From: Candidatus Atabeyarchaeum deiterrae | Lineage (GTDB): Archaea; Asgardarchaeota; Atabeyarchaeia; Atabeyarchaeales; Atabeyarchaeaceae | Direction of reading: 5' to 3' | Assembly: GCA_037310415.1 (NCBI GenBank) | Contig: CP147780.1 | Span: forward strand, 2,048,001-2,112,000 | DNA length: 64,000 nucleotides | The notes under the pieces: model-generated | Told to the model about the DNA's origin: nothing | The model's input: the letters and a program-made list of their open reading frames with translations, nothing else | Database searches by the model: none | Shown: positions 29,901-39,703 of the stretch, piece after piece | Position numbering within the stretch: the first letter of the stretch is position 1 | Layout: each line of letters starts with the position of its first letter | Made by a program: the position numbers and the translations under genes

Positions 29901-30239
29901 TTGCCTAAATGTCCCATATGCAATAAGCAGTTTGAATGGCAAGGTAGACACCCATACATGGAGCACATCAAAATCGAGCACCATGAGCTCTGGTTGAAGT
30001 CAAGACGACTCAGAAGATTGGCAACTTCGAGCTTGATCATCTCCCTAATCTTGACAATTCTTCTATCCACAGTATTCTATTACCCCGATGCGGTTGGCTA
30101 TAGTGTGATGGGTCTTGCAACGCTTTTCCTCGCGTTCTCAGCGGCGCTTACGCTGAGAGACAGAAGCCTGCCCAAGAAATTCAGGAAAGATCTGAAGCGG
30201 AAGAGCAAAGACATAAGAACAACTCAATCAAAGAAATGA
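29901..30239 (+). CDS. Small membrane protein with N-terminal C2H2-type zinc finger
   Basis: CPICNKQF...HIKIEH followed by two TMs and a basic tail. Confidence 0.6.
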   Translation: MPKCPICNKQFEWQGRHPYMEHIKIEHHELWLKSRRLRRLATSSLIISLILTILLSTVFYYPDAVGYSVMGLATLFLAFSAALTLRDRSLPKKFRKDLKRKSKDIRTTQSKK

Positions 30240-31040
30240 TTATCGCCTATAGGTCCACTCTTCAGACTCGTATTTGGCTTTCAGTTCTTTGGCTTTGCCT
30301 TGCTCAAAACAGGTTAGCTCACTCTGTTTGAGTTTGATTTTCAGCGACTTCCTGAAACCTTCAAGCAGAGCTCTCTGAATAAGTTCCATATTCCTCACTG
30401 TTTCAACCTTCCTTAGGTCATCTTCACCAAGTTCACGTCTCAATGTTGTCACCTTGGCATGAACGAGGTGTTTGGGCAGTTTGAGGACCTCAGCCATGAG
30501 ATTCAGGTCGCAATCCAAAAGTAGCGTACCATGCTGAAGTATTACACCTTTCTTCCTAGCTTGGGCGTTTCCGCTGATCTTCTTTCCAGCTATTACCATG
30601 TTTGGACATAGTCCTGGATGCCCAGCCTCAAAACATGCCTGTAATCCAAAACCACTTGGGACGCTGATGAGCGCATTGCACAGCTTCTTGTATACCTCAA
30701 TTGGATCATTTGGTAGCGCCGGATCGCGTTGAGTGACGACGACGCTGTAGGTGACTTCGTTCTGTGAGTGATAGACGGCTCCACCTCCGCTTATTCTTCG
30801 AACAATATCTATTCCATAACGTTTGCAGGCTTCGATATTGACGACTTCTTCGATCCTCTGGAAATACCCGACGGACACAGCTGACGGTTTCCATTGATAC
30901 AAACGTACAGTGTTCGGTATCAGACCCTTAGCACGGGCTATGAGAATTGCCTCATCTGTGGCCATGTTGCTTGCTCCGGTGCAGGTTGCCATCTCCAAGA
31001 ATCTCCAGTCGTCATCGGTGGGCAACAAGTCAACCCCCAT
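30240..31040 (-). CDS. lplA: Lipoate-protein ligase A / LipM family
   Basis: NMATDEA, RRISGGGAVYH, KKISGNAQ, LQHGTLL. Confidence 0.9.
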   Translation of the reverse strand: MGVDLLPTDDDWRFLEMATCTGASNMATDEAILIARAKGLIPNTVRLYQWKPSAVSVGYFQRIEEVVNIEACKRYGIDIVRRISGGGAVYHSQNEVTYSVVVTQRDPALPNDPIEVYKKLCNALISVPSGFGLQACFEAGHPGLCPNMVIAGKKISGNAQARKKGVILQHGTLLLDCDLNLMAEVLKLPKHLVHAKVTTLRRELGEDDLRKVETVRNMELIQRALLEGFRKSLKIKLKQSELTCFEQGKAKELKAKYESEEWTYRR

Positions 31041-31273
31041 CGTAAACACGGACCTTTTCGAATCTTCGAGAATGCATCTGCCTCGGAGGACAATGAAGAT
31101 CAGGGACAGGAAGATCATCAACCGAGAAATGCAGTTAAAAGTTCTGCTTCCCGTGCTGAGATTAGGGCCACAACGAAAGCTCCCAACATGAAAGAAGTTT
31201 ATTAGGACGAAGTCGCCTCAATGTTAATCGCCCTACAGTCATATTTGTCTCGCGAGTAGGTGAAAAAGGAACC

Positions 31274-31699
31274 TTGAGCGAGCTCAGTTTGCTGGAAAGG
31301 TTGGATGAAGAGGATCTAAACCTCATCATCATGTCAAAGAGAGGTCTCCTCTACTCAAGTAGAGATCGTGGCATCAATCCTCTGATCGACGCAATCGATT
31401 CACTTGGAATCAGAAAACTCCAAGACAGCACCGTCGTTGATAGGATAATAGGCAAGGCATCAGCACTACTCATCTGCCATTTCAATGCCAAGAACGCGCT
31501 TGCCAAGTTGATGAGTGCCAAAGGGGCCGATGTATTGAAAGAGAAAGGAATCGGCTACTATGCTGAGGCATCAACACGTGACATAAAGGACAAGACTAAG
31601 ACGGACATCTGTCCTTTCGAGAAAATCGTTTTGCAGGTTAACAGTCCGTCGGAAGCATACAAACTGCTCAAAGAAGCGGGCTCGAACAGATTGAAATAG
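31274..31699 (+). CDS. DUF1893 (TM1506-like) protein
   Basis: RGINPL, DRIIGKASA, CPFEK. Confidence 0.85.
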   Translation: MSELSLLERLDEEDLNLIIMSKRGLLYSSRDRGINPLIDAIDSLGIRKLQDSTVVDRIIGKASALLICHFNAKNALAKLMSAKGADVLKEKGIGYYAEASTRDIKDKTKTDICPFEKIVLQVNSPSEAYKLLKEAGSNRLK

Positions 31700-31761
31700 C
31701 ATAGAAAACTTGGTTTTCCACAGGACATAGAGTAAGAATAAGTGGGGTGTGGCATAGCAGT

Positions 31762-32466
31762 TTAGATGCTGCGCACAGGATCTGTCGCAGCTACCTGCTG
31801 GGTCGATTTCTCGTTGCCCAGTTCGTCGAGTTTCTTATTTACCAGACCCACGACGTCTTCAAATGTCTTGAATGTACCGCAAGCTATCTTGTTTGATCTG
31901 CAGAAATCGAGCAGGTAGCTCTTTGCTATTATATAGTCGGCCTGCTTTGCAGCGCACATGTCGCTGTAACCATCGCCAACATAGATAACGTAGTAGCCTT
32001 TCTTCTTGAGCTTCTTCAGGTGTTGTGTCTTGCAGTTGCCACATTTTTCGCACTCAGAATTACCGTAGGGGAAGTTGATTCTTACCCTTCTGTCTTCAAA
32101 AATAGCTTTGTTACAGAACACCTTCATACCATCTAACCCAACCTTGCTCAAGATCAGGTTAACATAAAAGTCCAATCCGTCACTGACCACGTATACAGGC
32201 ACATTTCGTTTGCTGCATGTTTCGATGAAACGATCAAATGAGGGGCTGATGCACACATAATTGGATACGAAGTCCTCGATCTCCTTCCTTTCTCCTCGCA
32301 CCGTACTGAATTCGCCGACCAACGCGTTCTTGCAGCTGATTTCGCCTCTTCTGAACCGGTTCTCGAGGTCCCACCACATCGTGCTACCGAATCTGTCGAA
32401 TATGAGTTGAGCCACGTCGTCGTCGGTTACCGTGCCATCGAAATCGCACATGATAGCTGCGTTCAT
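31762..32466 (-). CDS. MtnX-like HAD-IB phosphatase
   Basis: CDFDGTVT, VVSDG, CGNCK, YVGDGYSD. Confidence 0.9.
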   Translation of the reverse strand: MNAAIMCDFDGTVTDDDVAQLIFDRFGSTMWWDLENRFRRGEISCKNALVGEFSTVRGERKEIEDFVSNYVCISPSFDRFIETCSKRNVPVYVVSDGLDFYVNLILSKVGLDGMKVFCNKAIFEDRRVRINFPYGNSECEKCGNCKTQHLKKLKKKGYYVIYVGDGYSDMCAAKQADYIIAKSYLLDFCRSNKIACGTFKTFEDVVGLVNKKLDELGNEKSTQQVAATDPVRSI

Positions 32467-32602
32467 GGTTAGGGAAGTATACGGGATTCACGTATAAGTG
32501 TTAGGTAAAGAAAACCGCGCCCCCTGTCCATGCTAGTTAAAAGGGGGATGCGGACCGTAATATGTGTCCCATGCATGAACCAAGATGCGACAAGCTTACA
32601 GT

Positions 32603-33322
32603 TCAATTAAGAGGGGATCCGCACTCAGGACAGTAAACTGCACCAGGTGGGTAGACGGCACCGCAACTGGGACATCGACGTTGTGCCAGTGATTTGGATT
32701 TCTTGGAGGGGATTCCCATCACAGAGATAACGAGTTTCTTTCCACTCACGCGATCGACTCGCACCTTTTCCCCTTTCTCGATGAGAGAGCCGTTAGATGA
32801 CCTTGCCCACCAGATTGTGTCGCCCACTTTCACTCGCCCTGCATTGTCCTCATCAATACGTTCCACCACTACCCCCTCTGACCCAATGTCCTCCTCTGGC
32901 CCCGAGGCAGGGGTTCTGAATATGACGTTCTTCAGCGCGAATTGGTAGAGTATCACGAGTAAGAACAATGTTGCAGCCAAGGCAACCATTATGCCCGCCA
33001 CACCAAAAGCTGCAAACAAGGCGACTGCAAGGACAGCGTAGCCAGGTATGAATTTCTTAGCAGCTTTAATCATCGCTCCGTGTGTGAGCAGCGTAAGCAA
33101 ACCAATGGAAAGGACAAATGCTATGATGAAGAGCATGGCGCTTGTGAAGGCTTGTGTGCTTCCGTATTGTTCAAGGGTTGAGGCTGGCAGAACCTCCATT
33201 AAACTATGGAAGCCCACGGTGGAAGAGTATAGAAGCATACCGAAGAGCATCATGATTACAAGCACAACTACAGCTCCTAATATGAAGCCCTTGAGAAGTG
33301 ACCTGTTTTCTTTGTCAGCCAT
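32603..33322 (-). CDS. NfeD-like membrane protein with C-terminal zinc ribbon
   Basis: TMs then GSEGVV...GRVKVGDTIWWARS...IEKGEKVRV OB-fold; CPSC...CPEC. Confidence 0.82.
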   Translation of the reverse strand: MADKENRSLLKGFILGAVVVLVIMMLFGMLLYSSTVGFHSLMEVLPASTLEQYGSTQAFTSAMLFIIAFVLSIGLLTLLTHGAMIKAAKKFIPGYAVLAVALFAAFGVAGIMVALAATLFLLVILYQFALKNVIFRTPASGPEEDIGSEGVVVERIDEDNAGRVKVGDTIWWARSSNGSLIEKGEKVRVDRVSGKKLVISVMGIPSKKSKSLAQRRCPSCGAVYPPGAVYCPECGSPLN

Positions 33323-33591
33323 TGCAATCTAACTCCAAACGGGGTGCTTTCAGCAAGTGTAACCGCTTTCCCCTCAAGTAACCTACTAGTAGCTGCAAAT
33401 AGATATAAGTTTTTCTCGAACGAAACTAACAGTGAAACCAATGTTTCCCTGTCCTTTGAATACAGGCGTGAGAGACGACCTATCTAGGAATCGATGAATT
33501 CACCAAACGGGGCGTTGACGTTAAATATGTGAACCATCGTAATACATATCTACCTGAGGTGCAGTAATTAAGGAAAGCTAAAAGAGAACTG

Positions 33592-33843
33592 GTGGGTGAA
33601 ATAACTAGTATGAGACCTTGGTTCAGGCACATAATCCTTCTCACCGCGACGTTACTAGTCTACTACGCAGTGACTTTCGTTGTCATCTATCTCACAGTCA
33701 CTACCCCTAGCGTGGCAGCGTCACTCATCGCCAATGGCCAGAGCCTTGAAGCTACAATGGGTCAATTGATTATGGCTCTGTTTCCGATCCCATTCTTTCT
33801 CTGGTTGATTGGAGTAGTACTGAGCAAGTGGATTGCCTTCTGA
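33592..33843 (+). CDS. Small hypothetical membrane protein
   Basis: Two hydrophobic helices; fills an intergenic gap. Confidence 0.55.
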   Translation: MGEITSMRPWFRHIILLTATLLVYYAVTFVVIYLTVTTPSVAASLIANGQSLEATMGQLIMALFPIPFFLWLIGVVLSKWIAF

Positions 33844-33948
33844 CAGAGGGAGGCACGCTAGTCTATTTCTCTTTTTCAACTGCCATAGGTTGGGTCATCT
33901 CTGTACGGTGCCCGTTTCGGGACCGGCTGAGTCCTGAGTTCCTTCAGG

Positions 33949-34743
33949 TCACCCTTTTCCTGGCACTACCTTGTATTTGACATGCTTTGTCCACAACAAT
34001 AGAGCGAAGATCAACAATGTTGGCAACGCAAGTCCCAAAAGAGTAAACATCTCAATAAAGACAAGTGGTATCAGCGGGTGAGGCAATTTCATACCCCTCT
34101 TCTTGGCATCGTAGTATACCACCGCCACGACAAGAGCACCGAATGCGATCCATGTAATTACCACGGCAAGATAACCATAGAGGATTGCGGCAGTCTCGAA
34201 CACTGATGCCACTGCCAAAAGCATGTTGCAGCCAACGAAAGTTAAGACCAATATCTCAAGCTCCCGCCTGAACAGCAATCGGAAACCCACAGCGATGAGC
34301 ATAAGGAATACCATGGTTCCTTCAACCGCCGCCAGACTGTACGCGAAGAACTCCAACCACGTATGAGGAAACTGATTGAGAAGCGACCAAATCGCATCAG
34401 GCGGACTTATGCCCTCAACCAGACATATCGCGGAAAGACCCAATCCTGATGAAAAGCCTGATAGCATCAAGAAGAAGGTTCCAAGAAACGGGATTACTTC
34501 CAACAAAATTATCTGCATGTTGTGAAAGAAGATCGCCACAGGTGTAATGGGGATACTTGCAAGTTCATTGTATAACTCCTGAGCAACCGGTAGGGGTATC
34601 GGAGTCAGACCACCAATAGCAACAAGAACAGTGAACAGTATGAGATTCCCGAGAAGCAACGTAACACGAATTGCATGTCGGTAAACAACAATAGTTCTTA
34701 TCATGACAGCCCTTCCTCTTCTTCCTGACTGCGCCATTATCAA
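33949..34743 (-). CDS. SpoIIM-like (stage II sporulation protein M family) membrane protein
   Basis: IFFHN...IPFLG, PHTWLEFFAY, LLAVASVFE. Confidence 0.75.
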   Translation of the reverse strand: MIMAQSGRRGRAVMIRTIVVYRHAIRVTLLLGNLILFTVLVAIGGLTPIPLPVAQELYNELASIPITPVAIFFHNMQIILLEVIPFLGTFFLMLSGFSSGLGLSAICLVEGISPPDAIWSLLNQFPHTWLEFFAYSLAAVEGTMVFLMLIAVGFRLLFRRELEILVLTFVGCNMLLAVASVFETAAILYGYLAVVITWIAFGALVVAVVYYDAKKRGMKLPHPLIPLVFIEMFTLLGLALPTLLIFALLLWTKHVKYKVVPGKG

Positions 34744-34960
34744 ATAGTTACGGATCTACTAATTATCCATTCCTATGATCCGAAGTCGACGTGTGTTCCA
34801 ACCGTCTACCATAATGTTTCTTGCCAACAACAAGCCAATTGAGGGTATCGCAATTCTTGAAAGACTAGCGTATTGACTTATCTCCGAGTTTTAAATATGC
34901 GTTCTTGCTATCAAGGATCACACCAGAATTCCGGGCCCAAAACGGGGGAATCATCTAGAT

Positions 34961-35707
34961 TTGTCAGATATATCGAACTTGACATCGTCTCTGAACAAAA
35001 TGAAACTCGTGATGAAGGATCTGCTCGCAATAGTCGACAAGGAATCAAATGGCGTATCACTTGGCGTTGACGCGATCTCAAACCTTGCCAAGCACTTTGA
35101 AGGAAGTGTCAAGGACAAGAGCAGAGCCGAGGAAGAGAAGCAGAAGAAGATAGCTCAAGTGGAAGGTGAAGTGGGAGAACTAGACAGGAAGAGAAACCAG
35201 CTGGAAGCCAACCTCGCACAATCTAACTCCAGCATCGACCAACAGAACTCAAAACTCTCAGACGTCAAACGAACACAAAACTCAACCAAGGAGGAACTTG
35301 CAGATGCCTCTGAAGAGCTGAGCAACCTTGAGAAGTCGACAACCGAGAAGAAACGCACAGCGGACAAGTTGACAAGTGATCTCCAGTCAATGAAGAAGAG
35401 ACATGAATCTGACATCCAGTCACTAAGGAAATCCTCTGAAGATGCTTCATCCAAATTGGCGCAAAAAGAAGCCCATCACAAAGCCCTACGCCTGCTAATT
35501 GGCGAGAAGGCAGTGTCCTTCCCCGAACTAAAAACCATACGAGCACTTCATGATCAACCCAACACAAACCTTGACCACCTCCAAAGAATAACTGAGTCAA
35601 GACGAAACGAAGTCGAGGACACTATCAGAGCATTAGCAAAAAGAGGAGTCGTGCAGTACGATTCGAAGTCAGGAGACGTAAGAGTTCTCAGAGATATGGA
35701 AGTATGA
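34961..35707 (+). CDS. Coiled-coil protein with C-terminal winged helix (A)
   Basis: Long heptad region; PELKTIRAL...LDHLQRIT...TIRALAKRGVVQYD. Confidence 0.7.
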   Translation: MSDISNLTSSLNKMKLVMKDLLAIVDKESNGVSLGVDAISNLAKHFEGSVKDKSRAEEEKQKKIAQVEGEVGELDRKRNQLEANLAQSNSSIDQQNSKLSDVKRTQNSTKEELADASEELSNLEKSTTEKKRTADKLTSDLQSMKKRHESDIQSLRKSSEDASSKLAQKEAHHKALRLLIGEKAVSFPELKTIRALHDQPNTNLDHLQRITESRRNEVEDTIRALAKRGVVQYDSKSGDVRVLRDMEV

Positions 35708-35736
35708 TCAAAACTTGATTCGGAGGCCACACTCAA

Positions 35737-36486
35737 ATGTCTGAAGTTGATAGATTGAAGGACTTAATCAATAAGAATGAAACCAGAATAATGGACTTGG
35801 GCAAATCAATTGAAGAGACTCTCAACTCATATTCAGAGGAATCCAAGAAAACATTAATCGTCGCCGAAAGAGTCAACGAGAAGCTGGAGGAAGCTGACAA
35901 AAGAATAAGCGGGTATGACGCTCAGATAACAAGCCTCGAAGGGAAGAGACAGGGACTAAAATCAGAGACAGGCTTCTTGGAACAGAAGATCAAGGAAGCC
36001 GAGAAGAGAATCTCATCAATAAACTCTGATATAAACTCCACGAACAAAGACATACTTAGGATACAAGACAGCATTAAGCAGTACCAAATCAAGATTGACG
36101 CTGCCAGAACCGAACTTGAGAAATACGAAAAAGAAATAGATGAGCTTGAAAAAGGCATTGAGGATACCAGACAATCAAACGAGAAGGAATTCAATGAGAG
36201 GAACGCAGCGTACACAAATGCTCTGAAGAAAACCAAGGAACTCTCGGAGAAGGAGCCTATTATGGATTTCCTATTAACAGAAGCGTCCTCAGAGCCGCCA
36301 GAGATCCCAATAGTTGCAAAGTTGATCACAGAAGCAGGATCCGCAAACATCGACGATCTCAAGAAAACTACGAAAGTTCCTCCGGCAATAGCGCTGAGAA
36401 CAATAAGCGCTCTTGAACAGAAGGGAATTGTTGAGAAGCCCGACGAAAAGCAAGTTAAACTGAAGAAGGCGTTGCCCGACCAGTGA
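35737..36486 (+). CDS. Coiled-coil protein with C-terminal winged helix (B)
   Basis: Long heptad region; PEIPIVAKL...IDDLKKTT...TISALEQKGIVE. Confidence 0.7.
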   Translation: MSEVDRLKDLINKNETRIMDLGKSIEETLNSYSEESKKTLIVAERVNEKLEEADKRISGYDAQITSLEGKRQGLKSETGFLEQKIKEAEKRISSINSDINSTNKDILRIQDSIKQYQIKIDAARTELEKYEKEIDELEKGIEDTRQSNEKEFNERNAAYTNALKKTKELSEKEPIMDFLLTEASSEPPEIPIVAKLITEAGSANIDDLKKTTKVPPAIALRTISALEQKGIVEKPDEKQVKLKKALPDQ

Positions 36487-36527
36487 TTGGAAGCAGACGC
36501 AGAACTGTTTTCATCCATCCCTCCTTT

Positions 36528-37259
36528 TTATATTTTTGCCAATTCAGCGACTGGTGCCCCAACTTTTTCGAGATCCAAGTACGCCGCCAGTTTGAAATGA
36601 ATCGACCCAGGATTCACGACAAGTGTCTCACCGAGCCTAGCTATTCCTCTAGCTTCATGTATGTGACCACAACAGATTGCCGCCGGTTTCCACTTCAATA
36701 CTGTTCGTCTGATTCCTTGGCTGCCAGCATTTGATCTGCTAAGGACAGAGAAATCGCATGCCCCGAAAGGCGGATCGTGAGTCACGAGAACGATCCTTTT
36801 CGGTTCCGCATGCAACCCATCTATTGCCTTCGTAATCAAGCTGTCCAAGAACTGTTCAGCTTCATTGTCACGATCAATGGGTTGTCCCTCTATGTTCCAA
36901 CTTCCGTAGAAGGCAGGGTGAAAACCAGACATGCCAATGAAGGTGAAGTCCCCGAACTTGAGAAATCTGCCGTGAAGACAGGTGACCCTGCTAGTTGAGG
37001 ATTTCCCATTACCAATGGCGTCACCATATTTCATCAGGAGAGGAGGGTCATGATTTCCAGTCACATAAAACACGTCTTGAAAGCCTTTTCTAACCTCTTC
37101 AATGATAGCAACACCTTTATCAAAGGAGCCAAACTCCGAAAGGTCTCCACAGAGCACAGCAGCATCGACATCTGACCCGCCGAACTCAACGTTACAACTT
37201 CCCAAGGCTTTCGCCGAGCCTAGGTTTCCATGGAAATCAGATGCTACAAGAATCCTCAA
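36528..37259 (-). CDS. Calcineurin-like metallophosphoesterase (Icc-like)
   Basis: SDFHG, GDL, GNHD, THDPP, GHIHE, NPGS. Confidence 0.92.
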   Translation of the reverse strand: MRILVASDFHGNLGSAKALGSCNVEFGGSDVDAAVLCGDLSEFGSFDKGVAIIEEVRKGFQDVFYVTGNHDPPLLMKYGDAIGNGKSSTSRVTCLHGRFLKFGDFTFIGMSGFHPAFYGSWNIEGQPIDRDNEAEQFLDSLITKAIDGLHAEPKRIVLVTHDPPFGACDFSVLSRSNAGSQGIRRTVLKWKPAAICCGHIHEARGIARLGETLVVNPGSIHFKLAAYLDLEKVGAPVAELAKI

Positions 37260-37273
37260 GTCTGAAACACCAC

Positions 37274-37668
37274 GTAAACTACCACCTATTGAGATAGGTG
37301 GCTTTCCTTAGGGGTCGATTCAAGGTGCACTGCACCGAAACCGAGTCCCTCATCGGAACGCAACAGTCCGTTTACAGAGACTGGTCTGTTGGTAAGCTGG
37401 AAGAAGGCACTCTGGTTGAGAGTGTGCTCGTTCTCGTTCCCATTCCGCACCAACAGAGATTTTACAGCGATGGCTGAGCTCGCTTTTCTATCGCTGAATC
37501 TGGTCAGAGTTTCCACTTTACGCTTTGTAGCACCTGTTTGTACTAGTATTGCGCGTTGCATGCTCTCAGCCTACATTTATGTTATTTGCCGACCTTAAGA
37601 ACTCAACGGAAGTGGTTCCGCAATTCCTCCACTCTTTGAAAAAGGGCGGTCTCCTTGCAGTGGTTTCT
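37274..37668 (-). mobile_element. Non-autonomous IS200/IS605 (IS1341-like) element with internally deleted tnpB
   Basis: Right end GAAAGCCACCTATCTCAATAGGTGGTAGTTTAC (perfect 8-bp stem 37282-37301); left-end hairpin GCAAGGAGACCGCCCTTTTTCAAAGAGTGGAGGAATTGC; left boundary approximate. Confidence 0.72.
37286..37561 (-). pseudogene. tnpB: Internally deleted tnpB remnant
   Basis: TnpB-like N-terminus MQRAILVQTGATKRK joined directly to a C-terminal RuvC-III-like DRKASSAIA segment; ORF ends in the right-end hairpin. Confidence 0.55.
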
Positions 37669-37683
37669 GTGAGATTACAAGAT

Positions 37684-38202
37684 TCATTCCTGTAGATGTC
37701 TGGTGAGTCTCTCTAATGTCCTTGTAAACCTTGATGGGTCGTCCACGTTGAAGAAGACTCTCCTAAGTCTCTTGGTATCACGCTCAATCATCACGAAAGG
37801 CGAGCTTGTTTTGAAGCAGTACACCAACTTTCCTCTCCCAGGAGAGACACCAGAGTTTGATGTGTGCCAGCCTGACGGATTCTGGACAGAGAAACTCCGA
37901 ACAATAGAAAGAGGTATCGAACTTCTCACTGGACCGAAACGAACAAACACTCTCCAATTGCTGAGCATCACCTTTCTCGAGTAGAGAAATGAGAGGATGA
38001 GTCCCAAAACCGCACCTTCCACGACAAAGACGGAAGTCAAAACGATCCAAGGAAGTCCGAGATAAACCAAGACCAAACCTATAACGAGATTGTCCATAAT
38101 CATCAAAACCAACAACGCTTCAAACAAAGCACTATCTATCTCAGGTTTCTCTTCGTATAGGACATGCTCGGTCGCCTTGCGGTCGCGTTGGTCTCCGATC
38201 AT
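37684..38202 (-). CDS. Membrane protein with probable bacterial PH-like domain
   Basis: Two TMs followed by VFVRFGPVRSSIPLSIV...VFFNVDDPSRF. Confidence 0.6.
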   Translation of the reverse strand: MIGDQRDRKATEHVLYEEKPEIDSALFEALLVLMIMDNLVIGLVLVYLGLPWIVLTSVFVVEGAVLGLILSFLYSRKVMLSNWRVFVRFGPVRSSIPLSIVRSFSVQNPSGWHTSNSGVSPGRGKLVYCFKTSSPFVMIERDTKRLRRVFFNVDDPSRFTRTLERLTRHLQE

Positions 38203-38321
38203 GATTCGACCCTCCTTCGACTATTTACACGACAGATATATAACCAAACAGTTCCTAATAACCTACACAGTGTTTTCTTTTTTTGCTTTTTTGTGCTGAG
38301 AGAGTGAAGAGAGGGTGAAGG

Positions 38322-38669
38322 GTGACGAGTAACAAGTCTCTTCAAGCTATAGCTGACATGATCAGTAAGTGCACAACCATGTATTTTGCTGAAACACTTG
38401 AAGAAATGGAAGCGCCAATTAGAAAGCGACTCGAAGACTACATGCTTCTCAGATTTCGCCAGATTTTTGCTCTAGCAGGAGGAGTCGGATACCCATGCGA
38501 AGATCTTGAAAAGTTGCTTAGGGTACAGAAGAAAAGCGACCCCGAAAGACTAGAGAAGCTCGTTGAGGGAGTCATACGTGAACTAAAGGCGTACATTGAT
38601 GCAGAGGAGAGAGAAAAGGAACGAAAGAGGAAAGGAATGAAGCCCCTAATAGAAGAATATGTCACATAG
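38322..38669 (+). CDS. Hypothetical helical protein
   Basis: Clean ORF with SD-like GAGGGTGA upstream; no recognisable motif. Confidence 0.6.
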   Translation: MTSNKSLQAIADMISKCTTMYFAETLEEMEAPIRKRLEDYMLLRFRQIFALAGGVGYPCEDLEKLLRVQKKSDPERLEKLVEGVIRELKAYIDAEEREKERKRKGMKPLIEEYVT

Positions 38670-38905
38670 AGAATGTTCTGTGCCAATCTCTGCAGTTTGT
38701 CAGCAACCTCCTGTCATAAGTCAATGACCCTTGGGCTGATTCACCCTGTTCTGGCCGAGCCCAGCTATTTCGCAATAGATTCCCACCGCTTCACGCTATC
38801 AAAATTGCGAAGAGAACCTGCTGAAATCGTGAGGAACTTAAACGCAGATCAAATTGTTATTCACAAGCGGAGTTGCATAACGGAGTAGTGGTGTCTATCA
38901 CTGAA

Positions 38906-39694
38906 TCAACCAAGAGGCTTCTGTTGTTTGGATCTCGTGAGCAGCCGCGTCAATGAAGGCGGGGACAGATTCGCTTTTTCCAGCATGTCTCGATTGGAAA
39001 GTATCTCTTCCACTGGTCCTTCTGAAGTAATTCTGCCCTCGCTCATTATGACGCACCTATCTGCAATCAGCGGGAGGATATTCACATCGTGAGTAGCGAC
39101 AATGATAGTCTTTCCGCTAATGTTGAGACGACCAAGCAGTTCTATCGTGGAAGCAACGCCTTTGGGGTCGAGGTTGGCAGTAGGTTCGTCTAGGACAAGT
39201 ATCTCGGGATCCATTGATAGTACGGTAGCGATTGCGGCTCTCCTTTTCTGACCTAGGCTGAGATGGTGAGGAGCCTTCTTCTCAAGCCCGCTCAGACCAA
39301 CGGTCTTGATGGCTGCGTTGACTCTTCGAACTATGCTGTTCCTGGACATACCAAGGTTCAGCGGTCCAAATGCGATTTCGTCCCACAGTGTTGACAGGAA
39401 AAGCTGGTCATCAGGATTCTGGAAGACCATGCCCACTTTGGACCGAATGAATTTCAAGTTGCTCCTCTCGGAGGTGACTCTGCCCATGATGCTCACGCTT
39501 CCGCTCGGCGGAACTAGGAGCCCATTTAGATGTAGGAAGAGCGTCGACTTTCCAGCCCCGTTGGCGCCGAGGAGCGCAACACTCTCACCTCTCAAGACCT
39601 TTAAGCTGACTCCGCGAAGCGCCTGGGTTCCATCAGGATACGAGTAGTAGAGGTCCTTGACCTCGACGATTGGTTGATCAACTGTTGTCTCCAA
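38906..39694 (-). CDS. cbiO: ECF Ni/Co transporter ATPase (CbiO/NikO)
   Basis: GANGAGKST, FQNPDDQLF, LSLGQKRR, LDEPT. Confidence 0.93.
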   Translation of the reverse strand: METTVDQPIVEVKDLYYSYPDGTQALRGVSLKVLRGESVALLGANGAGKSTLFLHLNGLLVPPSGSVSIMGRVTSERSNLKFIRSKVGMVFQNPDDQLFLSTLWDEIAFGPLNLGMSRNSIVRRVNAAIKTVGLSGLEKKAPHHLSLGQKRRAAIATVLSMDPEILVLDEPTANLDPKGVASTIELLGRLNISGKTIIVATHDVNILPLIADRCVIMSEGRITSEGPVEEILSNRDMLEKANLSPPSLTRLLTRSKQQKPLG

Positions 39695-39703
39695 GACCGC
39701 GAA

